Shown: positions 9,040-18,933, counted from the first letter of the stretch. The stretch: 32,000 nt of DNA from Candidatus Saccharimonadota bacterium (GCA_963706795.1 OY970170.1:960001-992000), one strand, 5' to 3'. Numbers and translations: made by a program. The notes: generated by a model not told the origin, from the sequence alone.

Positions 9040-10272
9040 ATGCAACAGGCATCTCATGTGAGTAATCGTAAGAGCGCGCACGTTATCCCCGTCTTTTCTC
9101 TTAAAAAAATCCAAACACTGCTCATCGCGGGTCTTTTTTTTGTTTTACCGATCGTCTTCTCTCATTTGCTCTATCTCACATGAACCGTTTGGAGTTTTGA
9201 ATACTTCTGAAATTATGAAGGCCTCAAAAAGGCAGTTTTTTATGCTATAGTGCCCGTTATTTTTTTGGTGGCATATCTTCGCGGCAAATGCACTATTCGT
9301 AGAGCGGACGGACTTTTTTTGAGTATTATTTCCGTCATACTTGCGCTCCAGTGGTATCAGACCGGCACGAATGCGAGCGTATTTTTTGGAAGCGACCCGC
9401 TCTATTTTGGTACGTTGTTTCCAGTAGTGCTGTGGATGTTTTTTGCTGTGCTACGCGAATTGGATCATGGAACTTTTGAGATCATCCGCAAATGGCTTGT
9501 GATGAGTCTTTTCTTGGTGTCGGGATATGCACTATTGCAGTTTTTGCAGTATGATCCCATTGGCTCATATACGGCGACTTTTGCACTCGATCGCGTGTTT
9601 TCGACACTGGGTAATCCAAATATGCTCGCAGGATACGGACTTCTTTTGCTTCCATTTATAGCGCGCGAAAAGCTCGTGTGGATGCTGAGTCTCTCTCTGC
9701 TCGTACTCTTTAATATCTTTGCATCGGGCTCGATTTCGATCGCGCTGATTGCATTTGTATATGTGCTCTGGTATTTTTTTAGAGAATCCCCGTTCAATCG
9801 GTTTTACTATTTTTTACTGCTCATTATCGCGGGCCTCTCGATCTTAGAAGTGATCGGTATATCCGGAATTCTAAACTCAAAACTCCTCTCTCTTGCGACT
9901 CGTGGAGCACTCATTATTCAGGCAGGAACACTCTTTGTATATCATCCGAGTGCGCTCTTTTTTGGATTTCCATCAGATGCACTCATAGATCTGCTCGATA
10001 CCGAGCGCATTGCTCTTGTGAAGCTCTACATCAGTGATGATCTCATTATTGGCAATTTTCATTCATTGCCGGTGGATATCCTCACGAGATTTGGGGTCAT
10101 CTTTGCAGCGTTTTTGACCTATGCATGTGCGATCTTTTTTCAAAAAAATAAGTCTCCACTCGCTCTGGAGGTATTTATTTTGTTTGTGCTCTTCTCGCTC
10201 CTGCACATGCCAGAAGTAACGCATTTTGCTATCTTTACTTTGGCGCTCGCACATTATAAAACCGCTCGTTAA
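9040..10272 (+). CDS. O-antigen ligase/polymerase-like (Wzy_C family) polytopic membrane protein, two in-frame TGA (9181-9183, 9208-9210)
   Basis: ORF-track pieces 8983..9183 and 9250..10272 are in one frame. The product is multi-TM with FSTLGNPNMLAGYGLLLLPF (G.NPN.LA motif). The ATG at 9040 is taken as the start. Confidence 0.7.
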
Positions 10273-10288
10273 CGAGCGGTTTTATATA
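10257..10288. terminator. Bidirectional terminator between convergent genes
   Basis: AACCGCTCG-TTAA-CGAGCGGTT with A-run upstream and T-run downstream. Confidence 0.7.
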
Positions 10289-10294
10289 TCGTAT

Positions 10295-11740
10295 TTAGTT
10301 GTCAATTGTTGCACTGCCGCTCACGACTCATCGCAGAGGACTCATGATTTTTGGTAGGGATGAAGTTGTTCCGCCAGAGCTTGTGAGCGAAGTCTTTGCT
10401 TCGATCTTTACTTCCGTAGAAGCTTCGGGAACAGGAGTTGCCCTTGGAGTAGGTGAAGTTGTTTTTGGCGGCGTAGGATTTACTGGAGTTTTTGGGGCTA
10501 CGACTTGTGGTTTTGGTTCGATAATATTGGGTGTTCTGTCGCCTTCGATCGCTTCGGCTTGTTTGGCTTCGAGGGCCTTTTTTTCTTGGGCTTGTCTGTC
10601 AGCTTCTTCTTGTTGTTTCTTCCAATTGAGATCGAAGTTGCGAACTTCTTCTTCGAGAGTGTTAATAGCTTTTTTATGTTCTTCTACACTGGTAGGATCA
10701 TTTGGCGGAGTGGTTTCTTTTGCGCGATCGAGCTCAGTTTTTTTATTCATAAGCCCCATATCATCGCGGATGCTTTGCATGAGCTCGGTTTGTTTTGTTA
10801 CTGGATCTGGAACTGTAGTGCCGTCTTTTGGAGGAGTATCCAGTGTTGCTACGTGTTCCTCAATCACGGGCGAATCAAAGAATGATTTCACTTCGTTTGG
10901 AGTAGGGAGCGAAGCCTGAATTTCTCATTGTACCTTGAGGAGGCGAGCCTTTTCTCGTGCATCGGTTTTTGCCTTTTCGTCGAGCTGTTTTTGAAGCTCA
11001 TCCATGTATACAAGATCAGCTTTGGTATTCATTCGGACAAATGCATCGTCGGCAAAGACTTTTTCGAGATTGAGTTTTTTCTTGCGCTTTTCGACAGGTG
11101 CTGGGTATTCAAAATGCTCTTCTACCATCATGTTTTCCTGTTTTGGCTGAGATTCTTCAGAATACGCGACTTCTACCGCTGTTTTGCCAGTACCAGAATA
11201 CGAGTCGATAACATCGATCGAGGATGTTGTCGGAGTTTTCTTTACTTTTACAGAAGTGCTGCGAACACCGGCCGAGAGATCACTGGTCTTAATAGTAAAG
11301 AGTGAGCTGTCGCCGAGTGGCTTGAGGATACGTGCCCAGAGTTCTCATTCTCAAAGCTCGAGATCGGTACTAGTGCTGCTTGCGACCGAGATAGTGAGTT
11401 TAGAATTCATCGCAAGTCGTACAACCGAATTATCCGTAAATACGATTTCGGCATCTGAGTTTGCTTTGGTTGTGAGCGTATCTCAGGCTTTGACGGGGCT
11501 ATTTGCAGCCGCATTTGTAGTGCCTGCAGTATTAGAAATTTCTACGGTTCCTGATGCTTTGCGAACAAATGCGATTGCATCATCATTGTTTGTTACTTGG
11601 GTCGTGTGAGTCGCACCACTGCTATTCGTGGTTGTGACCGCTACTTGTGCTGGAGAAGTCATATTTTTTTTCCAAACGTAGACGCTAACGAGTGCCACAA
11701 TAATGATCAATCCTGCAAGGAGTTTTTTGAGTGCTCACAT
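10295..11740 (-). CDS. Membrane-anchored FecR-domain protein with coiled-coil and Pro/Thr-rich tail, 481 aa, six in-frame TGA
   Basis: ORF-track pieces 11483..11710, 10925..11131 and 10328..10891 plus the untracked middle are one frame. In-frame TGA at 11735, 11483, 11351, 11345, 10925 and 10328. The N-terminal TM is LLAGLIIIVALVSVYVW. The FecR-like beta region is VRKASGTVEI..SPVKA-G-DTLTTKANSDAEIVFTDNSVVRLAMNSKLTI..LEL-G-E-G-ELWARI..FTIKTSDLSAGVRSTSVKV. Stop TAA at 10295-10297. Confidence 0.8.
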
Positions 11741-11785
11741 ATTTCGCTAAGATAACAAAAGTATTCGGCCTATTATAGCTTCAAT

Positions 11786-13789
11786 ATGCGTAGCTTCAAT
11801 ACAAAAAAATGAGTGCAGTCCTTGGCGGTGTTTATTGTGACCTTGTGACTTGGATGCATGCTGTATACAGGGCTTTTTGGTCTCATTGGGACTGACTTCA
11901 ATGCATTCTTCCTCTATAAACAATTCAGGGGGGTACCTTCGGGGAATGTGGTGATTGTAAAGATCGACAATGCCTCGCTCGATATTCTCGCGAAGTCGGA
12001 TTTGCGCATTTTGACCTTCACAAAACAGCTCTATATCGATCTCATCGATCGACTCGAAGAAGCAAAAGTACGAGCCATAGGTTTTGATCTTGTCCTTACC
12101 AATCCAGATCCCAAAGAGCAAACACTCGCTGATCTGATAAAAAAATATGGTAATATCACCATCGCGGCCAAGCTTGGTGCGGTTAATGGTGATACCGAGC
12201 GTGTACTGCCTCGAGATCTCTATAGTCGGGATAGTTGGGGAATGATCGATGTCTTTTTTGATAAAAATATTATCACAAAGATCAAGCCGCTCTATGAGCT
12301 CGATACCTCAAAGATCGAAAATATCGCGATTAAACTCTATAGATTATCGACTGGCGATACCGCGCTTGCGGGCAGCGTTCAGGATCACACATATGCCATA
12401 AATCCTCTTCGCAAACTGCCGCTTGATAGCGATGGCTTTGTACGCATCCCATTTTTTAGGAAGCCTGAAACTTTTCCGTCGATTTCGCTCGTTGATGTGT
12501 TGGATCATAAATATGATCCGAGTTTTTTTAAGGACAAAATTGTACTCGTAGGCGAGTACGGAACATTGATCCATGATGCTCATTTCTCGCCGGTGGATTT
12601 TGGTCATGCGATGCCTTGAGTTGAGTTCCATGCAAATATGCTCGAGTGACTACTCTCAGGTAAATTTTTAAATCCCATTTCGAATATAGCCTCTTGGATT
12701 TTGGCCATCTTGCTCGGATTTTGTTCGTACGTGCTTGTGGTCTATGGTCGTATAAAATGGAATGTTATCTATTTTTGTACGCTTCCTTTTATCCTCTTGA
12801 TCGTGTCATGGTATGGAATGGCCGAGGCAGGATTTATGGTGAATTTGTTTTTGCTGCTGGTCGTCTGAATTATCGCTCCGCTCGTCGTTTGAGTGCTCTA
12901 TCGATATTTTGTCGTTGATTCGATGCGACGATTTATTGCGAATGCCTTTTCGCACTATATTTCGCCTGATGTGGTAACGGAGATTGCTAATCATCCTGAG
13001 ATTTTTGCTCTCGGCGGTGAGAAGCGTGAACTCACGGTAACATTCTCAGATATTGCAGGATTTACGACAATTTCGGAGACACTTGGTACAGATCGGCTCT
13101 TCACACTTATTAGTGAATATCTCTCGGAGATGACTGATATTCTCGTTGCCAATCGTGGAACGCTCGACAAATATATTGGCGACGCGGTGATGGGATTTTA
13201 TGGAGCTCCACTTCCACTGGATCGCCCTGAATTTTTGGCCTGCAAGACCGCACTTGAACAGCAAAAGCGATTACAAATCCTCAGTAAAAAATGGGAAAGT
13301 GAAGGAATTCCAACGGTTGCAGCCCGCATCGGTATCAATCGAGGGGAAGTCATGGTCGGAAATATTGGCTCGCATGATCGTTTTAATTACACGGTCATGG
13401 GTGATAACGTAAATCTCGCTTCTCGTCTCGAATGAATCAATAAAGAATACGGAACTCTCGTCTGTATGAGCGAAGCAGTATATGACCGTGTAAGAGAAGA
13501 TTTCGTCTGCCGCCGACTCGACTGTATCCGCGTAAAATGAAAGCATGAAGCCGTTACGATCTATGAACTCATCACATTCAAATGAATGAATGACTTCGAT
13601 CCCGATATGCTTGCTAATTACGAATCCGCGCTGAACCTCTATTTTGAGGGGCAATACAAAAAAGCGCGTGAACTCTTTGCGCGTTATCCCGATGATGCTC
13701 CGTCCGCCATTATGGGAGTTCGCTGTCTCTCACTCATCGCCGGTACCACCAAGCTCGAAAACGGTATCTTTACTATGACAGAGAAGTAA
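11786..13789 (+). CDS. CHASE2 sensor domain / class III adenylate (or guanylate) cyclase, 667 aa, nine in-frame TGA
   Basis: Pieces 11858..12619, 12893..13435 and 13586..13789 plus gaps are one frame starting at ATG 11786. The CHASE2-like part has VVIVKIDNASL..AIGFDLVL..HAMP-G-VEFHANMLE-G-LL followed by 3 TM segments. The cyclase core has ELTVTFSDIAGFTTISE..KYIGDAVMGFYGAP..RIGINRGEVMVGNIGS..FNYTVMGDNVNLASRLE-G-..IRVK-G-KHEAVTIYEL. Confidence 0.85.
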
Positions 13790-13801
13790 CCAAAGTCCTG
13801 C

Positions 13802-13829
13802 TTGAATAATCATATAATCCCTATATGAT
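13802..13829 (+). promoter_or_regulatory. Candidate promoter TTGAAT-N16-TATGAT for the T-box leader/operon
   Basis: TTGAAT at 13802-13807 and TATGAT at 13824-13829. An alternative TATAAT at 13813-13818 lacks a good -35. Confidence 0.35.
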
Positions 13830-13836
13830 ATCTCTC

Positions 13837-14016
13837 GTTACAGACGTCTGAGCGGCTATCAACCGCGAGTCGAGGAAAGAACGCCCCCGCTAGTAGAATC
13901 CTCCGGTCACTCCCGTTATAGAGTCCAATCAAGTACAGCCAAGGTGGTACCTTCCTACTTCGCTCTGATGAGCTACGTAGGACCAAGGCATGAAAGTTAT
14001 TTTTCATGTCTTTTTT
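13837..14016 (+). promoter_or_regulatory. T-box-like tRNA(Ile)-sensing leader with short Stem I, upstream of yjjX-HD-ileS-tag
   Basis: Elements occur in canonical order.
- Tandem GA/GA (13850-51 / 13867-68) under a 4-bp stem (13852-55 / 13863-66).
- 7-nt loop CUAUCAA, with AUC at 13858-60 followed by A.
- Stem II GAGGA/UCCUC (13872-76 / 13899-903) with a GAA/AGUA S-turn (13879-81 / 13892-95).
- CCGUUA F-box (13913-18).
- GGUGGUACC T-box core (13943-51).
- Antiterminator helices 13938-44/13983-89 and 13953-58/13977-82.
- A terminator that competes with the antiterminator. Confidence 0.65.
13985..14016 (+). terminator. Intrinsic terminator of the leader
   Basis: AAGGCATGAAA-loop-TTTCATGTCTT followed by TTTT. 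Its 5' arm overlaps the 3' arm of the proposed antiterminator. Confidence 0.7.
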
Positions 14017-14020
14017 GTGT

Positions 14021-14569
14021 ATGCAAAACCTCCACTTTGCGCTCTGAACCACCAATGGTCCAAAGACTCAAGCGATCGAAAAAGCCCTGGGCAATTGTCC
14101 GTATTTCAAAGAATATACAATTATGGGTTACAAAGTCCCATCGGGTGTTTCGGATATGCCGCTCTCACTTCAGGAGCTTCGAGAGGGTGCAAAAAATAGA
14201 GCTCAGGCGATCATAGCTCTCGGGATCGAAGCAGATTACTACGTAGGAATGGAGGGTGGTGTATTTCCAGATCCTATTGGACCTGAGACATGGATGGCGG
14301 GTGTGATCTATATCGAGTCCGTCCATAAAGTTGGTCACTATGGATATACGACGCACATTCGAGTTCCGGACAAGATTCGAGATCGACTCTATGATGGGAG
14401 CAATGCAGATCTCGAAACCATTATGCACGAACTCGCAGGCATAGAATCCGTTGGCGAGAAAAATGGCTCATTCGGAGCATGGTCGGATGATATGATTACC
14501 CGCACTGATGCCTTCGCAAGTGCGACACAGGCGGCGCTCGCACCGTTCTTCAATAACTTTTATAAATAG
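14021..14569 (+). CDS. yjjX: Inosine/xanthosine triphosphatase-like NTPase (YjjX/DUF84 family), one in-frame TGA (14045-14047)
   Basis: Restarting at ATG 14021 gives MQNLHFAL-G-TTNGPKTQAIEKAL..VPSGVSDMPLSLQELREGAKNRAQ. This parallels E. coli YjjX (..[32 protein letters not shown], recalled). The ORF track shows only 14123..14569. Confidence 0.8.
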
Positions 14570-14570
14570 T

Positions 14571-15143
14571 ATGAAGCAATCAATCGCAAAATTCATTTTT
14601 GAGATGCAGCATCTCAAGCAGATTAAACACGAATGATGGAGAACGGTCGGCGTGCAGTTTCCTGATAGTGTGGCCGAACACTCTCTCTGTGCAGCACAGA
14701 TTGCATATATTCTCGCTCAGATGGAGTGAGTAGATCCCTGTAAAGTAACGACGATGCTTGTGTGGCATGACATGGCAGAATCTCGTATCGGAGATCTTCA
14801 TAAAATCGCTAACCATTATCTTTCTGGCAAGCAAAAAGCCGAAGATCAGGTCATGGAGGATCAAGTTGGGCATATGGATTTTGGATCGCATATCATTGAT
14901 CTTGTCCATGAATACGAAGTTCATGAGACGCTCGAATGAAAGATCGCCAAAGATGCTGACTATCTCGAACAGGCCTTCCAAGCTCGTGTTTACCAGCAAT
15001 CAGGCTACGAAGGAACTGCATTGTTCATAGAAAATGTTGGTCGAGCTCTCAAGACAGAGAGTGCACGAAGTCTATGGAGTGAAATTTCTTCAATGGATTT
15101 CTGGGAATGGTCTAAAAATTACAACTATCACCCAAAATCATAA
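14571..15143 (+). CDS. HD-domain phosphohydrolase (YfbR-like 5'-nucleotidase family, HD_3), three in-frame TGA
   Basis: MKQS..LKQIKHE-G-WRTVGVQFPDSVAEHSL..MLVWHDMAESRIGDL..KDADYLEQ gives the H..HD..D metal motif. The gene is invisible in the standard-code track apart from fragment 14754..14939. TAA at 15141-15143. Confidence 0.8.
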
Positions 15144-15171
15144 TTCTCCTCAAGATATTAATTCAAAATAT

Positions 15172-18100
15172 ATGTTCCCATCTGTAGATCCAAAACAGTC
15201 ATTTCCAGCTCTGGAAGACAACGTACTCGCATTTTGGCGAGAAAATAAAACCTTCGAAAAATCTGTCACAAGTCGTGCGGATGCGCAGGAGTTTACATTT
15301 TATGATGGGCCTCCATTTGCGACGGGGACTCCTCACTACGGTCACATCCTTGCAGGTATCCTCAAGGATGTAGTTCCACGATATTGGACGATGCAGGGTC
15401 GTCGCGTAGAGCGCAGATTTGGTTGGGATACGCACGGTCTCCCGATCGAGAATATCGTCGAGAAAAAACTCGGGATTTCTGGGAAGAAAGACATCGAAGA
15501 AAAGGTCGGAGTTTTTGCATTTAACGAAGAATGTCGCAAGAACGTCTTTACCTATGTCGATGAATGGAAAAAAGTCGTAGAACGCTCGGGTCGATGGGTC
15601 GACATGGAGAACGACTACAAGACGCTCGACTGTGATTTCATGGAATCCGTTTGGTGGGTATTTAAGACGGTGCACGACAAGGGGCTCATCTACGAGTCTC
15701 ACCGTGTTGTTCCATACTGTCCACGATGTTCGACTCCGCTTTCGAACTTTGAGGTCAATCAGGGCTACGAAAATCGTCAGGACAAAGCACTGACTGTGAA
15801 ATTTAAGCTCTTAGATCAAGAAAATACCTCCGTTCTTGCATGGACGACCACGCCTTGGACACTTCCTGCGAACCTCGGACTCGCAGTTGGTGAAGCGGTT
15901 GAATACGCAAAGATCAAGGATCATGCAACGGGAGAATTCTATATTCTCGCACATGATCGAGTAGCGACGTACTACAAAAATCCTGAACTTTTTGATCTCA
16001 TCGAAACATTCTCTGGATCTACTCTGGTAGGACTTGGATATGAGCCAGTCGCTCAGGATGTTCGTGAGCTCGATGAGGTAGTCGCTGGTGGCGATATTGC
16101 GACTTGGTACAAACCAGGCAGTAATATGTATACTGTACAGCTCGGTCATCATGTAACAACCGACTCCGGTACAGGTGTGGTTCATATTGCTCCAGCATAC
16201 GGTGAGGACGACGCAGCAATCGGGAAGCTTACGCAGATGGGATTTTATCTCCACATCGATGCAGCTGGAAAAGTCGAGCACTGCGAATTTGGAAATAGTG
16301 AATGGGTGTTTGATTTTAATCAAACTGTCATCGATCGACTCAAGGCGGCAGGGAAGATGGTGCATGTAGGAACGATCGATCATTCGTACCCACATTGTTA
16401 CCGATGCCATACTCCGCTCATCTACCGAGCGATCAGCGCATGGTATCTCAATGTTGAATCCATCCGAGAGCGCATGCTCGCTTCCAACGCGAAAACTCGT
16501 TGGGTTCCAGAAAATATCCGCGAAGGGCGATTTGGAAAATGGCTCGAGGGCGCGCGCGACTGGAATATCTCCCGTAACCGTTACTGGGGCTCTGCGATCC
16601 CAGTATGGAAGAGCGAAGATGGTGAAATCCTCGTCATCGGATCAGTCGAAGAACTCTACGAATACAACAAACCATTCGGCGATATCGAAAAGCGCGCTGA
16701 AGGATATTTCTACTCGGCAAATGGTGCAATCGGAAACGAAACGCCGATTGATATCCACAAGCACTACGTCGACAAAATCCTCCTTCAAAAGAACGGGAAA
16801 ACCTTCACACGTATCCCAGAAGTCCTCGACTGTTGGTTCGAATCTGGATCGATGCCGTATGCACAAAAGCATTATCCATTTGAGAACAAAGAAGCCTTCG
16901 AAGCGTCATTCCCTGCGGATTTCATCTGTGAAGGACTCGACCAGACACGTGGATGGTTCTATACACTCGTGGTTCTTTCAACTGCGCTCTTTGATTCGCC
17001 AGCATTCCAGAATGTCATCGTAAATGGAATCCTCCTCGCCGAAGATGGACGAAAGATGAGTAAGTCGCTCCAAAACTATCCAGATCCGATGGAGCTCTTG
17101 GGCCGCCACGGAGCAGACGCGGTTCGACTCTACCTCATGTCTTCTCCTTCTGTTCGTGCCGAAGAGCTTCGATTCTCTGAATCTGATGTCATCGAGACGG
17201 TCAAGAAGGGAATTCTCCCACTTTGGAATACTTACTCGTTCTTCACAACCTACGCGAATATCGACGGATGGAAGCCAAATACGGGTTCACTCCACTTCGT
17301 TCGACACGGAGAAACTGATGCCAATCTCGAGATGCGACTCTCAGATGGAGGAGAAAATTCTCCGCTCAATACACTCGGTCAATCACAGGCAACAGCCACT
17401 GGTAAACGCCTCGCTGAAGCAGGAACGCAGTTTGATGTGATCGTTGCATCACCGCTTGCACGGGCTCACAAAACAGCTGAGCTTATCGCGAAGGAAGTCG
17501 GATTCACAGGCGAGATCGTAACCGAAAATTGTCTCTCAGAACACTCTGCAGGATGTTATTCTGGTCGAGCATATGACGAGATCATCGAGGAACATTTCAA
17601 GGAAACAGGCGTTCGTTATGAGCGTCACGAGGTGATCTCTCAGATCGTAAAAAATCATCCAAGTTCCGAATCCAACGAAGACTTCGATGCACGCAATGCA
17701 AAATTCTACGAAGAACTCGTGGGTCGATACCCTGGGAAGAAGATCCTCGTAGTAGCCCACGGTGGAACATTCCGCTCTTGGTGCAAACATGTCTTCGGGC
17801 TCACACACGAAGCAGCGTTTACCCGAGCATATGCGATCAAAAACGCAGAATGCGTACAGCTTCCGATGGTCGTTCGCGCGAATCCGCTCGATCGATGGGT
17901 GATGGGAGAACTTCATACACTCAGTGCAAAAGTACAAGACAGTTTTGAGCGCTACGAGCTCCAGTCGGCCTCTCGTGCGATCGTAGAATTCATGGACGAT
18001 CTCACTAACTGGTATGTTCGTCGTTCACGTCGAAGATTCTGGAAGAGTGAGAGCGACTCAGACAAGGCTTCTGCATACGAGACGCTCTATACCGTGCTCA

Positions 18101-18933
18101 CAACGCTCTGCAAGATCGCAGCTCCGATCATCCCATTCGTCACTGAACACGTGTATCGCAACCTCACAGGTCACGAAAGTGTGCACCTGGAGTATTTCCC
18201 AGCGTTCGATCGTTTCGCGGTTTCTCCGCAGCTGCTTGCGGATATGAAGAAGACGAAAGAACTCGTGACTCTCGGTCTCGCGCTCCGATCACGCAAGAAA
18301 CTCCGCGTTCGTCAGCCACTCGCATCGATCACGATCGGCGAAAACCTCGACGACTACTTCCTCGAAATCCTCCGCGAAGAACTCAACGTCAAAGAAGTAA
18401 AATTCGATGACATGTCCAAACACGCGAAGCTCGTTTGTAAGCCAAACGCACGACTCATCGGACCGAAGTTCGGGAAGGAAGTACAGGCAGTGATCGTTGC
18501 CGCAAAATCTGGAAACTTCAGTTCACTCGACGATGGAAAGGTGCAGGTTGGAGCATTCGTGCTCGAAGCAGGGGAGTACGAACTCGCCTACGAGCCACTC
18601 ACCGAAGATGCAGACATCGAAGGAGGAGCAGGAATGGTCCTCATGATGGATACCCATGTAACCGATGATCTCAGACTCGAAGGATACGCCCGCGACATCG
18701 TCCGCGCGATCCAGGATCTTCGCAAAGAATCTGCCTTTGATGTATCGGATCGTATCTCGATCGGACTCATGGCGGATACAGATATCGCTCGCGCTTGCGA
18801 AATGTTCCAATCGATCATCATGAACGAAACACTCGCGACCTCTCTTCAGATGAGTGAACTCCCAGGAGCTACCGCTCGCCGTGAAGAATCCCTCGATGAT
18901 ATGAAATTTACCCTCACTATCGCTCGTGTCTAA
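15172..18933 (+). CDS. ileS: Isoleucyl-tRNA synthetase, type 2, 1253 aa, carrying an internal histidine-phosphatase domain
   Basis: FYDGPPFATGTPHYGHIL (HIGH), GRKMSKSL (KMSKS) and NWYVRRSRRRFWK. ATG 15172 was chosen because the upstream part of track ORF 15034.. overlaps the HD gene. No in-frame TGA. Confidence 0.95.
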   Translation: MFPSVDPKQSFPALEDNVLAFWRENKTFEKSVTSRADAQEFTFYDGPPFATGTPHYGHILAGILKDVVPRYWTMQGRRVERRFGWDTHGLPIENIVEKKLGISGKKDIEEKVGVFAFNEECRKNVFTYVDEWKKVVERSGRWVDMENDYKTLDCDFMESVWWVFKTVHDKGLIYESHRVVPYCPRCSTPLSNFEVNQGYENRQDKALTVKFKLLDQENTSVLAWTTTPWTLPANLGLAVGEAVEYAKIKDHATGEFYILAHDRVATYYKNPELFDLIETFSGSTLVGLGYEPVAQDVRELDEVVAGGDIATWYKPGSNMYTVQLGHHVTTDSGTGVVHIAPAYGEDDAAIGKLTQMGFYLHIDAAGKVEHCEFGNSEWVFDFNQTVIDRLKAAGKMVHVGTIDHSYPHCYRCHTPLIYRAISAWYLNVESIRERMLASNAKTRWVPENIREGRFGKWLEGARDWNISRNRYWGSAIPVWKSEDGEILVIGSVEELYEYNKPFGDIEKRAEGYFYSANGAIGNETPIDIHKHYVDKILLQKNGKTFTRIPEVLDCWFESGSMPYAQKHYPFENKEAFEASFPADFICEGLDQTRGWFYTLVVLSTALFDSPAFQNVIVNGILLAEDGRKMSKSLQNYPDPMELLGRHGADAVRLYLMSSPSVRAEELRFSESDVIETVKKGILPLWNTYSFFTTYANIDGWKPNTGSLHFVRHGETDANLEMRLSDGGENSPLNTLGQSQATATGKRLAEAGTQFDVIVASPLARAHKTAELIAKEVGFTGEIVTENCLSEHSAGCYSGRAYDEIIEEHFKETGVRYERHEVISQIVKNHPSSESNEDFDARNAKFYEELVGRYPGKKILVVAHGGTFRSWCKHVFGLTHEAAFTRAYAIKNAECVQLPMVVRANPLDRWVMGELHTLSAKVQDSFERYELQSASRAIVEFMDDLTNWYVRRSRRRFWKSESDSDKASAYETLYTVLTTLCKIAAPIIPFVTEHVYRNLTGHESVHLEYFPAFDRFAVSPQLLADMKKTKELVTLGLALRSRKKLRVRQPLASITIGENLDDYFLEILREELNVKEVKFDDMSKHAKLVCKPNARLIGPKFGKEVQAVIVAAKSGNFSSLDDGKVQVGAFVLEAGEYELAYEPLTEDADIEGGAGMVLMMDTHVTDDLRLEGYARDIVRAIQDLRKESAFDVSDRISIGLMADTDIARACEMFQSIIMNETLATSLQMSELPGATARREESLDDMKFTLTIARV
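17287..17886 (+). other. Histidine-phosphatase (PGAM/CobC/SixA superfamily) domain inserted in IleRS (about aa 706-903)
   Basis: SLHFVRHGETDAN (RHG), NTLGQSQA, ASPLARAHKTAE, CLSEHSAGCYSG and KILVVAHGGTFRSW (second catalytic His). The flanks are the IleRS segments ..LWNTYSFFTTYANID and NPLDRWVMGEL... Confidence 0.8.

Noticed and set aside
13872-13879. GAGGAAAG resembles the RNase P RNA CR-I box (GAGGAAAGUCC).
   Set aside because: The match stops after 8 nt. No other conserved RNase P regions are present, and the available space (about 180 nt) is too small.
13869-13888. The minus strand reads GGGGGCGTTCTTTCCTCGAC, which resembles a tmRNA 5' end (GGGGnnG..UUCGAC).
   Set aside because: A tmRNA starting here would run about 350 nt into the well-supported 3' end of the cyclase CDS. 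No tRNA-like 3' end (T-arm plus CCA) or tag ORF was found. The segment is better explained as the complement of Stem II of the plus-strand T-box-like leader.
13965-13972. A CUGAUGAG string suggests a hammerhead ribozyme core.
   Set aside because: No adjacent stem II/GAAA/stem III arrangement can be drawn. The string forms the GCUC-UGAU-GAGC apex of the proposed antiterminator helix.
13940-13975. Minus-strand GUAGGAAGGUACCACCUUGG vaguely resembles the SRP RNA helix 8 core (GGAAGGAAGCAGCC).
   Set aside because: The invariant AGGUCCGGAAGGAAGCAGC core is not matched. The plus-strand T-box interpretation explains the same bases.
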